DNA of 64,000 nt from Eledone cirrhosa (GCA_964016885.1 OZ024740.1:409634001-409698000); one strand, 5' to 3'; numbered from the stretch's first letter, positions 14,200-25,921 are shown. Numbers and translations: made by a program. The notes: generated from the letters alone by a model not told the origin.

Positions 14200-14497
14200 T
14201 AACTGCATATACACATGTACAGATACAAAGCATATACACATGCACACATACAACTCAAAACATACACATCCACACATACAATAACATCCATATCTACACA
14301 TGCATGCATGCAGACATACATACATATCTAGCTAGTTGATGTTGTGTAAATTCCAATGAGAGAGTCTTGTGTCTATGTTAGAAACCGACTCTCTCTCTAT
14401 TGGCAAACGTTTGTGAAATTATAAAACCAGAAGAATATACATACATACATACATACATACATACATACATACATACATACATACATACATACATACA

Positions 14498-15105
14498 TGG
14501 TGGCTGCCAACTCGTTTTCGAGCACGGCCACTACTTTATATCCATGTAGGAGAACCCCTACTGATGCGCTGAACGAGTGTGACTTTTTAGTCCAGCCAGC
14601 GACTTGAAAACTCTGGTACAAAGACTACACTTGTGACAATTATTGACACATAGTGTTGGGCCCATGGTACCATGTGACGACAAGTGCAGAGAGATCTCCA
14701 GATATAAAGCAATGCCTGTGCCGTGAAGCTTTTATAGTGAGCAAAGGCACTGCACAAAGCCAGTCCCACTCTCTTAACCAAGATGATATTTACCAAAAAG
14801 AAGAACAAGTCAACATCATTGGATACCATCAGGGTTGCAGGTGTTATATCAGAGTTTTCCTTCTCCTAGAATTCTGCCTTGACAAAGGCTAAGGGGTCAT
14901 CTCTCCCGGTGATTTTGGATGGCCATTGACTCTTAAGAGCTCCTTTGCCCTTTGACAGGTTTTGTTTTTAGTCCTGCAGGATGTCCAAAGTCACCCTCCT
15001 CACCAAGAAACCTTGGTGGGGTTGCCAGTTTAGTCGCCAACGACCCGACCATGAGACAGGTTGTACTGGGATACATGTTACCAGTAGCACCAACTGGTGA
15101 CCTGA
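14498..15105 (-). mobile_element. RTE-derived non-autonomous element, copy 5
   Basis: Near-identical to copy 4, with the same termini. Confidence 0.87.
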
Positions 15106-15444
15106 CATACATACATACATACATACATACATACATACATACATACATACATACATACATACATACATACATACATACATACATCAGTCTTTCTACGTAT
15201 CAATCTATAGAAATCAATTTCTGAAAATATCTAAATTTCTAGACCTACCTTATATCTACGTATATATATCTACGTCAATAAGGATGTATAACACAATACT
15301 GTCAGAATATATAATAGATTATTATATGAGAAACAAAATACCTGAGAGTTGGTAACAACATGACCCACTTTCGTAGAGGATAATATAAAGTAGTATTGAT
15401 AGAAAGAAATAAGTTGAATTAACGTATTATTATTGGTATCGAGT

Positions 15445-16130
15445 AGGGCGGTGGATTGGTAGTATTGGTAGAGCGTCGGTCAACTTGCTTTGTTACGGCC
15501 CTTTACGTTCTGAGTTGAAATCCCGCCGGGGTTAGCTTTGCCTTTCATCCTTACGGGGTCGATAAAATAAAGTACCAGTAATGTACTGGATAATAGCTAG
15601 CCTTGTGCCAAAAGTAGAAACAATTCTTTTAAGGGCGGTAGAGGGTCGGGCGCCATGCTTTGCAGCATAGAGTTACGACCCTTTATGATCTGAGTTCAAA
15701 TCCCGCCGAGGTTAACTTTGTCTTTCATCCTTACGGGGTTAATAAAATGAAGTACCAGTCACACGCTGGGGTCGATTTAATCGACTTTCCCCTCCCCAAA
15801 AATTGCTGACCTTGTGCCTATATAAGAAATCATTATTATTGTTGTTATTATTAGTGTTACTATTATTATTACCTTCCGTGTGTTTCTGTTGCATCATATT
15901 ACTTCTACTAATATCACTTTCTCTATATGGTAACTCGAAAATATTCGGCTACTCTAAAAAGAAAATTTGTCTCCTGAGTTTATGGCCCATTACATTCTGA
16001 GTTGAATCCCGCCGAGGTTAGCTTTGCCTCTCATCCTTACGGAGTTGATAAAATAAAGTACCAGTAATGTACTGGAGTCACCCACCCTCCCACCCCAAAA
16101 TTGTTGGCTGTGTGCCTAAAGCAGAAACCA
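15445..16130 (+). mobile_element. Cluster of three SINE family 1 copies
   Basis: Diagnostic bodies at ~15445-15625, 15631-15840 and 15980-16130. Confidence 0.88.
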
Positions 16131-16353
16131 TTCTTGGTCTCGAGTACGAAATGTATTGAAAGAATCAGATTGATAGAGAGGTGGGAGGTTCCATATCTAT
16201 TTATCTATTTATATACATTTACTAACAATAAAGTACAAATCTGAATAGTGATGCGAAGACAGATCGATAGACAGACAAATAGTGATGCGAAGACAGATCG
16301 ATAGACAGACAAATAGTGCAAAATCATCGTAATTTTGTGTATATATATTTGAA

Positions 16354-16605
16354 AACTCCAGGTAGAAGGAGCAACGTGAAATAAAGTGTCTTGCTCAAGG
16401 ACATAACGCACCGCCTAGTCCAGGAATCGAAATCACAACCTCAAGATTGTGAATCCAATTCTCTAACCACTCAGCCACACGCCTTCACTCCCAGCCACAC
16501 GCCTTCACGCCTTCTACCTGGAGTTGCGACCGATAGATAGTACTAGCAACTGGAGAGACCGACGGAAACATTGTTTCCTCGGTCCGATTTGACGAAAGTC
16601 GATCG
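16354..16605. mobile_element. SINE family 2 with inverted 5' part
   Basis: Head and core are on - (16354-16490) and the tail is on + (16510-16605). The two parts are collinear in the copy at 2159-2347. Confidence 0.7.
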
Positions 16606-16809
16606 AAAAGAAAGATATTTGAAAATTATGAAAGTAAATTATAAATGAATGAAAAGGAAAATGCGGTGATTGGCAGAGCGACAATATGGAGAAGGTCAAG
16701 GAAAACCCAGGATTCATGTATGTCTAGACAGAATGTTGTAATCAAGGAATTATTAAAATAAATATTATTTTAAATGTAAACAACGTCATTTTTGAAGGAT
16801 ACTATACCA

Positions 16810-16858
<49 letters not shown>

Positions 16859-16859
16859 G

Positions 16860-17015
16860 TTATACTTGGGGAGGTTCATATTGTTATAATATTGCCAGAA
16901 ATAACAACAGAACAGACTCACTGTTTGCTTTGGGTTGTTTTTCGCTTCTGTATCTTCTATATCTCCATAGTTAATTTATTTGGCAATCAATGTTTAGTGA
17001 TTGACCAGCGGTTAA
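16860..17015 (-). mobile_element. PLE 3' terminus abutting (TA)n
   Basis: Diverged reverse complement of 20270-20422. Confidence 0.65.
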
Positions 17016-17197
17016 AAATACAGATATATATATATATATATACATATAAGAATTAAAATACTAGAGTGTGTTGGAGTTAAACACCCTCTTCGTATTATAG
17101 AAATGACAGTAAAGGTATAGCTCAATGTAATTAAACAGAGCCGAAGAATTATGAAAATAAACCAAAGAAGCCTTCAATACATCAAAAGTCTTTATTA

Positions 17198-17236
17198 GCC
17201 AACAATGTTTCGTACTATTAAGGACTCATCAGGGCA
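17198..17236 (-). ncRNA. Minimal type I hammerhead ribozyme, imperfect, in a PLE remnant
   Basis: GCC CTGATGA gtccttaatagtac GAAA cattg TT GGC. Confidence 0.6.
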
Positions 17237-17293
17237 ATTAAAGCTATAAGAAGCACTATCGGACAATACAAGCCGAAAACTCATAATATATAC

Positions 17294-17404
<111 letters not shown>

Positions 17405-18037
17405 GGAAAATTTGAGCAGGAACAAAACAGAGAGGCAGTACAACGAATGTTTATTAATTTCACGCTCTGGAGAGTGGGGTGGTGGTGGGGAACGACGTTT
17501 TGGGTATAAGCCCTTCTTCAGGTGAAAAGTGTGTGGGAAGAGAGTTCAAAGGGTGTGTAGGGGAGTGGTGGAGAGACATATAGCGAAAAGGGGGTGGGAG
17601 GAAACGGTGCGAATGAAATTAAAAATAAAAGCATGATCAAAATAAAATTAAATTAAAGTGGGGTAAAACAGGTGGTGGAAGGGTGTGGGGTGTGTAGGGG
17701 TGGTGGCGGGTGGAGTGGGGAGAGGGAGACGGGGTGTCCGAGCGGGGGGAGCTGAAGGTGGTGTGTGTGTGTAGGTGTACGTGTGTGTGTGTGTGTATGT
17801 GAAAGCAAGGGTTGGGGGAAGAACGGGGTTGCATGTTCAGGAAGAGGTGTGCGTGTGGTGGGGTGTAGGTCGGAGTGTGTGTGCGTGTGTTGAGAGAGGG
17901 GTGGGGTGAGAGGAATCCGGAGGCTGAACGTGTAAATATGTGGTGGAAAGCACGTGTGTGTGGGGTTTAAGCGTGTTGTGGGTGTAGGTGGCGTGTGGGA
18001 AAAAAAAAATTGGGGGGGGGGATATATATATATATAT

Positions 18038-18067
<30 letters not shown>

Positions 18068-18068
<1 letters not shown>

Positions 18069-19150
18069 TCATAAAACATGTCTATAAAATCACAAGATAA
18101 AATATATACCATTTCCTCTCCCAATTAACATAATTAACTATATAAAAAATCGAATAGACCAGGCTATAAGAATGAGGCTTCTATGAAGAAATCTTCAACA
18201 AATAACCGAAATTAGCCCTTCGCGTCGGCCGCAACGGAATATTTATCGAATATTTCGACAGCGTAATCGCCCAGATACAGTCAATTAAACAGAATTAGGT
18301 GTAAAATAAACTTTTTATATAGTTAATTATGCTAATTGGGAGAGGAAATGGTATATATTTTATCTTGTGATTTTATAGACATGTTTTATGATATATAGCT
18401 CTGATTATTTAATTTATTAAATTTTCATTGAGCCACAATGTGACCCGTTGCAAAACACGTATATGTATATATATGTATATATATATGTAAACTTTTATAT
18501 GTAATAATCTCCCATTAGGTTGAGATACAAATTTGGCTGTATTGTGCTGTGCTTTCTAGCAAAAAAGCCACCAGCCGTAAGCAACTACCACACCCCTTCC
18601 AATCTGACCGCGACTACGTCACGATTCATAGCCATTTTGAATGAATTCTTGGCACGATCATTTTGGAAAATTTTGGTGTCTAGATCAGAGCAAACTTCCT
18701 GATGAATCCGGTGCTCGAATGACATAATTATGTAACAATTATTAGAAATCTCAAAATGCGGACGAAACCATGGTAGAGGTATTTTAAATGTATTCTATTT
18801 TCTCCTAGTTTATTTTACACCTAATTCTGTTTAATTGACTGTATCTGGGCGATTACGCTGTCGAAATATTCGATAAATATTCCGTTGCGGCCGACGCGAA
18901 GGGCTAATTTCGGTTATTTGTTGGAGATTTCTTCATAGAAGCCTCATTCTTATAGCCTGGTCTATTCGATTTTTTATATAGTTAATTATGCTAATTGGGA
19001 GAGGAAATGGTATATATTTTATCTTGTGATTTTATAGACATGTTTTATGATATATAGCTCTGATTATTTAATTTATTAAATTTTCATTGAGCCACAATGT
19101 GACCCGTTGCAAAACACGTATATGTATATATATGTATATATATATGTAGA

Positions 19151-19160
<10 letters not shown>
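18068..19160 (+). mobile_element. Non-coding mini-PLE/retrozyme-like element: inverted arm + partial tandem of a ~660-bp unit
   Basis: 18312-18500 is directly repeated at 18970-19160. 18068-18311 is the reverse complement of 18808-19050. Contains a central HHR, and both ends sit in (TA)n. Confidence 0.8.
18694..18780 (+). ncRNA. Type I hammerhead ribozyme with a long stem-II loop
   Basis: acttc CTGATGA a tccg..cgga c GAAA ccatgg TA gaggt. Stem III is palindromic. Confidence 0.75.
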
Positions 19161-19234
<74 letters not shown>

Positions 19235-19237
<3 letters not shown>

Positions 19238-20418
19238 CAAATGGAAAGCATCCAGCAGATAGCTAATTCCATACACCAGAGTATAACTGTAACTATCGAC
19301 TACCCTTCCAAACACCCTAACAATAGACTACCTGTATTAGACACGGAACTCTGGATTAACACTATAGACGAGAGAGCCCAAATTCTCCACTCACACTATG
19401 CTAAACCCATGGCCTCGAAATACCTGATACTCAAAAACTCAGCAATGTCCAGTAGTGCTAAGTTTAATATTCTGATCGCAGACTTGGTACGAGTGATGAA
19501 GAACGTGTCCTGCATGTGCGACCCAACAGAAATGGAAAGACACATCCAACACTTCATCAACCGCATGCAGTTCTCTGGCTACAACCAAAGAGACAGAATC
19601 AGAGTATACGAAGGAGGCACGGAGAAGTATAAGACCCTCATAGAACTGGACATGTGGGGGGAACTAAAAGGAACAACAGTGGGGGGAACTAAAAGGACGA
19701 AAAAACGGTTCAGTACTATACGAACATGCCAGACAACAACACGATGGTAACATAGACAACATAGAAATTAGAATAATATCTAAACATAGAAATGACCCAG
19801 CAGATAGGCAAATCAGAGAGGCTAGTGAAATAGAACTTGGAAGGCCAAGGCTAAACAGAAAAAATGAATGGAATAACAACACCCAAACAAACAACACTGA
19901 CCTAAGAGAAGTATAAATAAATAAATAAATAAATAGATAAATAAATAAATACATACACAAGCACAATAACAACAAACACATATAAACACACACTAGTAAA
20001 GATAGAATACATTAACCAATACACAGTCACCCAATCACGAACACACATCAAACAAAACACTATACACACACGCAAACGCATGCGCAAAGAAGACAAAAAA
20101 ATAAACAAACAAATAAATAAATATATAAACAGACTAAATAAAGATGGCGTAGAAAATACAATGCAACGGGAGGAAACAATAGCACCACTGACGATGTTGC
20201 AGATGTGCAACGAAAGAATTTGATAAACTATATATATGTGTTTGTGTCTATATTGTATCTGTGTTTTTGACCGTTAGTCAGTCAATGGCAACATTGAGGA
20301 CCGAATAAATTAATTTACCGATATAAAAGACACAGAAGCGAAAAGCGAAAACCAACCAAACAGTGAGTATGTTCTGTTATTAATTCTGGCAATATTACAC
20401 AAATATGACCCTCCCCAA

Positions 20419-20422
<4 letters not shown>
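19235..20422 (+). mobile_element. Truncated, internally deleted PLE (RT thumb + GIY-YIG C-terminus; Naiad-like by inference)
   Basis: DYPSKH..RLPVLDTELW..HYAKPMA..SAM..RMQFSGY, then in another frame HARQQH..DRQIREASEI..LNRKNEW. HHR core CTGACGA-gttgca/tgcaac-GAAA at 20188-20215. Ends in (TA)n. Confidence 0.75.
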
Positions 20423-20488
<66 letters not shown>

Positions 20489-20746
20489 CAGTACAGAGAA
20501 GTACGGAATACCTCGGCCTCGGGATGGTGTCTACATTTTGTGCTTATAAAAAAAATTCGTCGTAGATTACCAGGGTTTTTTTCCGTGCGAAGAAAATCAA
20601 TATTTTATCGCGAAATAAATACTTTTGTTTATATTTTGTTATTGTGTATGCAAAAATATGTGTACACGAATATATATATATATGTCCCAAGGCTCTGATA
20701 CCATCAACACCATAAACACAGAGCTGGCATATCTAAGAACTGACTA

Positions 20747-20802
20747 ACTGCCTGATGAGGTCATAGCCATTCAATGGCTATCATCGAAATATATATAGCA
20801 GT
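20747..20802 (+). ncRNA. Type I hammerhead ribozyme in a PLE remnant
   Basis: actgc CTGATGA ggtc-atagccatt-c-aatggctat-catc GAAA tatata TA gcagt. Confidence 0.8.
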
Positions 20803-21017
20803 AAATAAAGGATTATGAGTTCATGCAATTGACTTATGTTTCGTCACTATATATATATATATATATTAAAATAACAGATTAAAGTTTAAGCAAAGAATCG
20901 CTGCTTTCACTCTTAACGGGATCTTCTGAAACTAAAAAATCAATCTGTGAACGCAGAAGTAAATATTTCGAAAAACGTTACACACTATATATATACACAC
21001 ACTATATATATACATAG

Positions 21018-21101
<84 letters not shown>

Positions 21102-21219
21102 CGCGTCATAATGTCTTAATGCAGACAGCTAGGGATACAGACAGATATTATAAGGGCGCAACGTTATATATATGTATCTATCTAAAAAGAGAAAGACTAA
21201 CAATTATAGAGAGAGATCG

Positions 21220-21398
21220 CTAAATCGCCTAATGCGGTCCCTAGGGCATTGAAAATTTGAAATTTTCTTTGCTCAAAACACTCAGAGGACCATAAGTATT
21301 ACATGTGTAAAGTTTGAAAACAATCGGTTGGGTGGTTCTCGAGTTTTAGTGAGTGGACAGACAGGCCGACAGACATTCTCTCCTTTAGATATATAGAT
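21220..21398 (+). mobile_element. Probable non-autonomous Helitron/Helentron (DINE-1/HINE-like) 3' end
   Basis: aaagtttgaa..aatcgg..gagtt..gacagacag..acagaca..ttt..atatatagat terminal architecture. Confidence 0.5.
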
Positions 21399-21594
21399 GA
21401 CAACAACAAGAGGTCAGGGAGTGAGACTCTTCGCTGTAACTCAGCTGGCTAGAAAATCAAGCAAAATTTCTCTCAAATCACACATTACTAACAAAGAGAA
21501 AGGCACATTAGATAATGTAGTCCTAGATACATTGTCTGTGGAGAAAGATATGTGATGGGCACGGATACAATGTCTTTGAAAATAGTCAGGTTTG

Positions 21595-23490
21595 ACCTTG
21601 TGTCAGCAATTATCCCAGTGTATTACTGGTACTTTATTTTATCGACCATGTAAGGATGAAAGGCAAAGTTAATCTCGGCGGGATTTGAACTTAGGTCATA
21701 AAGGGGTTAACTCTATTTTAATAATGGTTCCTGATTTAAGCACAAGGCCAACAATTTTGGGGGAAAGGGAAAGTCGATTAAATCAGGTTTGACCTTGTGT
21801 CAGCAATTATCCCAGTGCATTACTGATACTTTATTTTATCGACCCCGCAAGGACGAAAGGCGGGATTTGAACTCAGAACGTAAAGGGCCATAACACTATG
21901 CCGCTAGAACTTGTCCGACGTTCTACCGATTCTGTCACTGACATAGCACACTGGAAATAAATATCTATTCGTTATACAGAATTTGAAATTTTTAAAGTTA
22001 TTGCTTTTCTTCAACAGTAAAATAATGGGATTAATTGAAGAATTCAGTAAGGAAATTCTCGGGGTCCTTAACTTAAGTTATTTGATTATTCAAGTTTATT
22101 TAAACTATGTTAATGCAGATCAGCATTTTAGCAAATGCTGCTAAGGAAGTTAACCGGAAAACAATACTTGTTTAGAAAAATGACTATTCCAAATTAGCCA
22201 CTTCATGAAAGATTTAAAGTATTTGCTAGTATACTTTATTTAATAAACCAAGAAATTCTAATTAGTATCGGTAGAAGGTCTGACGCCATGCTTTGCAGCA
22301 AAGAGTTCAAATCCCGCCGGGGTTAACTTTGCCTTTTATCCTTACGGGGTCGATAAAATAAAGTACCAGTAATGCACGGTGTAATTGCTGGCCTTGTGCC
22401 AAAAGTAGAAACAATTATAGTCTTAAGAAGAACGTCTAAAATATTGATTTCTAATTTAGGCAAAGAGCCATTTCATTTTGGGGGAGAGGGGCAAAGTTGA
22501 TTAAATCAACTCCAGTACATGACTGGTATCTTATTTTATCGACCCCGGAGGGATGAAAGGTAAAGTTGACCTCGGCAGGATTTGTACTCAGAACGTAAAG
22601 TCCAGGAACAAGTACAGCTAACCATTTGTCTCGCACTCTAGCGACTCTGCCAATTCGCTGCCCACCTCAAGAAATATTGAAGTTGTAAATAATTGTTTCT
22701 ACTTTTGGCACAAGGCAAGTAATTACCCCAGTGCATTACTCGTGCTTTATTTTATCGACCCCGTAAGGATGAAAGGCAAAGTTAACCTCGACTTGATTTG
22801 AACTCAGTCCGTAAAGGGACGTAACTATGCTGGAAAGCATGGCGTTCGACCCTCTACCGATACTGCCAATTCACCTCCCTTGTTGTAAATAATTGTTTCT
22901 ACTTTGGGCACAAGGACAGCAATTACCCCAGTGTATTACTGGTACTTTATTTTATCGACCCCGTAAGGATGAAAGGCAAAGTTCACCTCGGCGGATTTGA
23001 GCTCAGACCATAAAGGGCCGTAACTCTTTGCTGCATGAGGCAGAAGCATAAACGTTTGAAAGCCAGCTTAAACATTCTTTCTCCTATTTATATACTCCTC
23101 TTTACAATCTGAGATCAAATCCAACAAACATTTATCTCCAGGGGTCAATAAGGGACTTAGTTTTGGTCACTCGGTTTACTAGAAATAGCAGTCAATTATC
23201 CCTGACATCGTTTTAAAAATAAGATACATTGGATAATGGGATCTTAGTAGATAGACTAAATCTGAAAAATAAACGTGTTGGTCACGACTGGAATTTCTTT
23301 TGATTATATGTCTGCTCGATCATTTTAACACTGCTTATGAATGCTTGTTCAAATCCCACCGAGGTTAACTTTGCCTTTCATCCTCACGGGGTCGATAAAA
23401 TAAAGTACCAGTCACGCACTGGAGTCGATTTAATCGACATTTCCCTCCCCCCCAAATTGCTGGCCTTGTGCCTATATAAGAAACTATTAA
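21595..23490. mobile_element. Dense cluster of ~8 SINE family 1 copies in both orientations
   Basis: Bodies at ~21595-21715, 21720-21785 and 21793-21935 (-); 22262-22418 (+); 22445-22665, 22690-22880 and 22890-23035 (-); 23347-23490 (+). Confidence 0.85.
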
Positions 23491-23536
23491 TTTGGGGGGA
23501 GAAGCGCAATATGTGTGTGTTCGCATGTATCTGTGT

Positions 23537-23565
<29 letters not shown>

Positions 23566-23570
<5 letters not shown>

Positions 23571-24434
23571 ACACACAGATACATGCGAACACACACATAT
23601 ACATGAATGCATCCGCACCCAACCGTGAGTTAATGGTGCCAACTTTACCGATGTTGCTCAATGAATGACTGGGACAGACCAATCCGGTTGAATTAGACTG
23701 AACCAGTATCAGAGTTAAAAATACATTATGAAGAGAGAAGAAACATTTAGATATAATTAGTAATAAAATGTATCATACCTAAACTGCTCCTAGATTCCTC
23801 GACTACGTAGTTTCGTGGCATAAACAAAAACAATACATCATAAAGATATAGTCCTTGCGAGGTCTGCCGACTTATCAAGAGGATACCTCATTTTACTAGT
23901 CTCAAGAACGCGTCTACACGACGTGAGAAAGAATCCCAAAAGGCGGAGGGGGAAATAGTCACGCGATATAACGGTCGAGAAACAGAGCTAAGCCTCTTAT
24001 AACCCCGAAGAAAATACCACGGAGGCGGAGGGGGTATTTATATCGAAGCCGTAGAAGAGGTGGTGAAGGAGGCGAGAAGTATGAGTAATGGCAGCTTTCC
24101 AGCAGTCACCACACTTCAAAGATTACTCGACCAGAGGGAGTTATGAACAATATATTTAGAAACACACAGATACATGCGGACACACACATATACATGAATG
24201 CATCCACACCCAACCGTGAGTTAATGGTTCCAACCTTACCGATGTTGCTCAATGAATGACTGGGACAGACCAATCCGGTTGAATTAGACTGAACCAGTAT
24301 TAGAGTTAAAAATACATTATGAAGAGAGAAGAAACATTTAGATATAATTAGTAATAAAATGTATCATACCTAAACTGCTCCTAGATTCCTCGATTACGTA
24401 GTTTCGTGGCATAAACAAAAACAATACATCATAA

Positions 24435-24440
<6 letters not shown>
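23566..24440 (-). mobile_element. Non-coding element with ~285-bp direct terminal repeats (partial tandem of a ~590-bp unit), probable mini-PLE
   Basis: 23566-23850 closely matches 24157-24440. Decayed HHR on - (TATGATGT..GAAA ctacgtag TC gagg). Flanked by (TA)n. Confidence 0.7.
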
Positions 24441-24495
<55 letters not shown>

Positions 24496-24503
24496 TATGT
24501 ATA

Positions 24504-24788
<285 letters not shown>

Positions 24789-24820
24789 AGATCAAAAGAT
24801 GGTTAAAGGAGTTCCATGTA

Positions 24821-24887
24821 TTTTATTATGCGCATTTCAAAAACAAACATCATCATGCAATAATATTTGTGTTTTCATCAGATAAAA
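24821..24887 (-). ncRNA. Type I hammerhead ribozyme (PLE terminal repeat)
   Basis: Reverse complement of 27694-27760. Confidence 0.72.
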
Positions 24888-25921
24888 CAGGAGAACATGA
24901 TATGAAGGCTAAAAAACACTTGTGGATAGTGCAGTTTTAAATCTACATATGAAAAGTGGTTTTAGATTGATGTGTGATATTGGGAAAAATATTTTATTTA
25001 GAGAGGGGGAGGAGGATGAAAAAGGGGGAGGAGATGAGAGGGAGAGATGGGTGATAGAGAGAAAGAGATAGCTTTTATAACTGAGAGGAGATATACTGTC
25101 CCACACAGAGAGGTTGAAAACCGTTGGAAGATAATGTATAAACCCCAAAAAAATTTTGAAAATCAACGAAAGGAGGATATGTGCGAGGAAAAAGTATTTT
25201 ATTTAAGGAAGGGGGCTGGAAAGGATGAAAAAAAGGGGGAGGAGATGAGAGTGAAGGTGGAGAGGGAGAGATGGGAGATAGAGAGAAAGAGATAGTTTTT
25301 ATAACTGAGAGAAAGATACATTGCCTTACACAGAGAGGTTGAGAAACCGTTGGAAGATAATGTATAAATTAAAGGAATTTGAAAATTAACGAAGGGAATT
25401 TATGTATGAAGATAGAGAGAAGAAATAATAATTGTGGATGAATATTCTAACGTCAAAAAAAGGGTATGTTGTGGCAATTTCAAAATTAACGAAGAGAAAA
25501 ATTATTAAGGTTTGTGTGTAGAAGGATTTGAGAAAAATAATGTGAAGTTAAAGTTTGTATATTGGAGGAATTGATAATATATGCGAATAGAGTTAATATG
25601 TATTAAGAATGAGTTCGTTGATGGGGAGAAAAAAAAATAAATTAAGGATGAAATTGAGATTAAAAAGATTTATGAGAGAGAGAAAAAAAATAATGATTGC
25701 GGATAAATATTCTAACGTCAAAAAAAAAAAAAAAAAAAAAAAAACAGATGTATATGTTATGAATGATTTTACAAGTGAAGATAGAGTGAGGGTAATGAGT
25801 AAACAAGTATTATAGAGTGTATAAAGCCCTTTAAAGTATGGTAGGAAGATGGGTATATTTTAAAGAGGTGTATGTATATGTGCCTTTGAGAAAAGATTCT
25901 AAATTGATAAAGAATTGAATA

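Larger units (their letters stand above)
11609..14435 (+). mobile_element. R4/Dong-type non-LTR element, family B, with apparent 5' region and a large internal deletion
   Basis: Bounded by (CATA)n on both sides. The N-terminal ORF is fused out of frame at ~12560 to the distal RT, CCHC and RLE domains. Confidence 0.88.

Noticed and set aside
20880-20946. Phase-0 minus-strand exon candidate (cacAG|IDFLVSEDPVKSESSDSLLKL*) as exon 2 of the EF-hand gene
   Set aside because: It encodes no second EF-hand, and such acceptors arise by chance.
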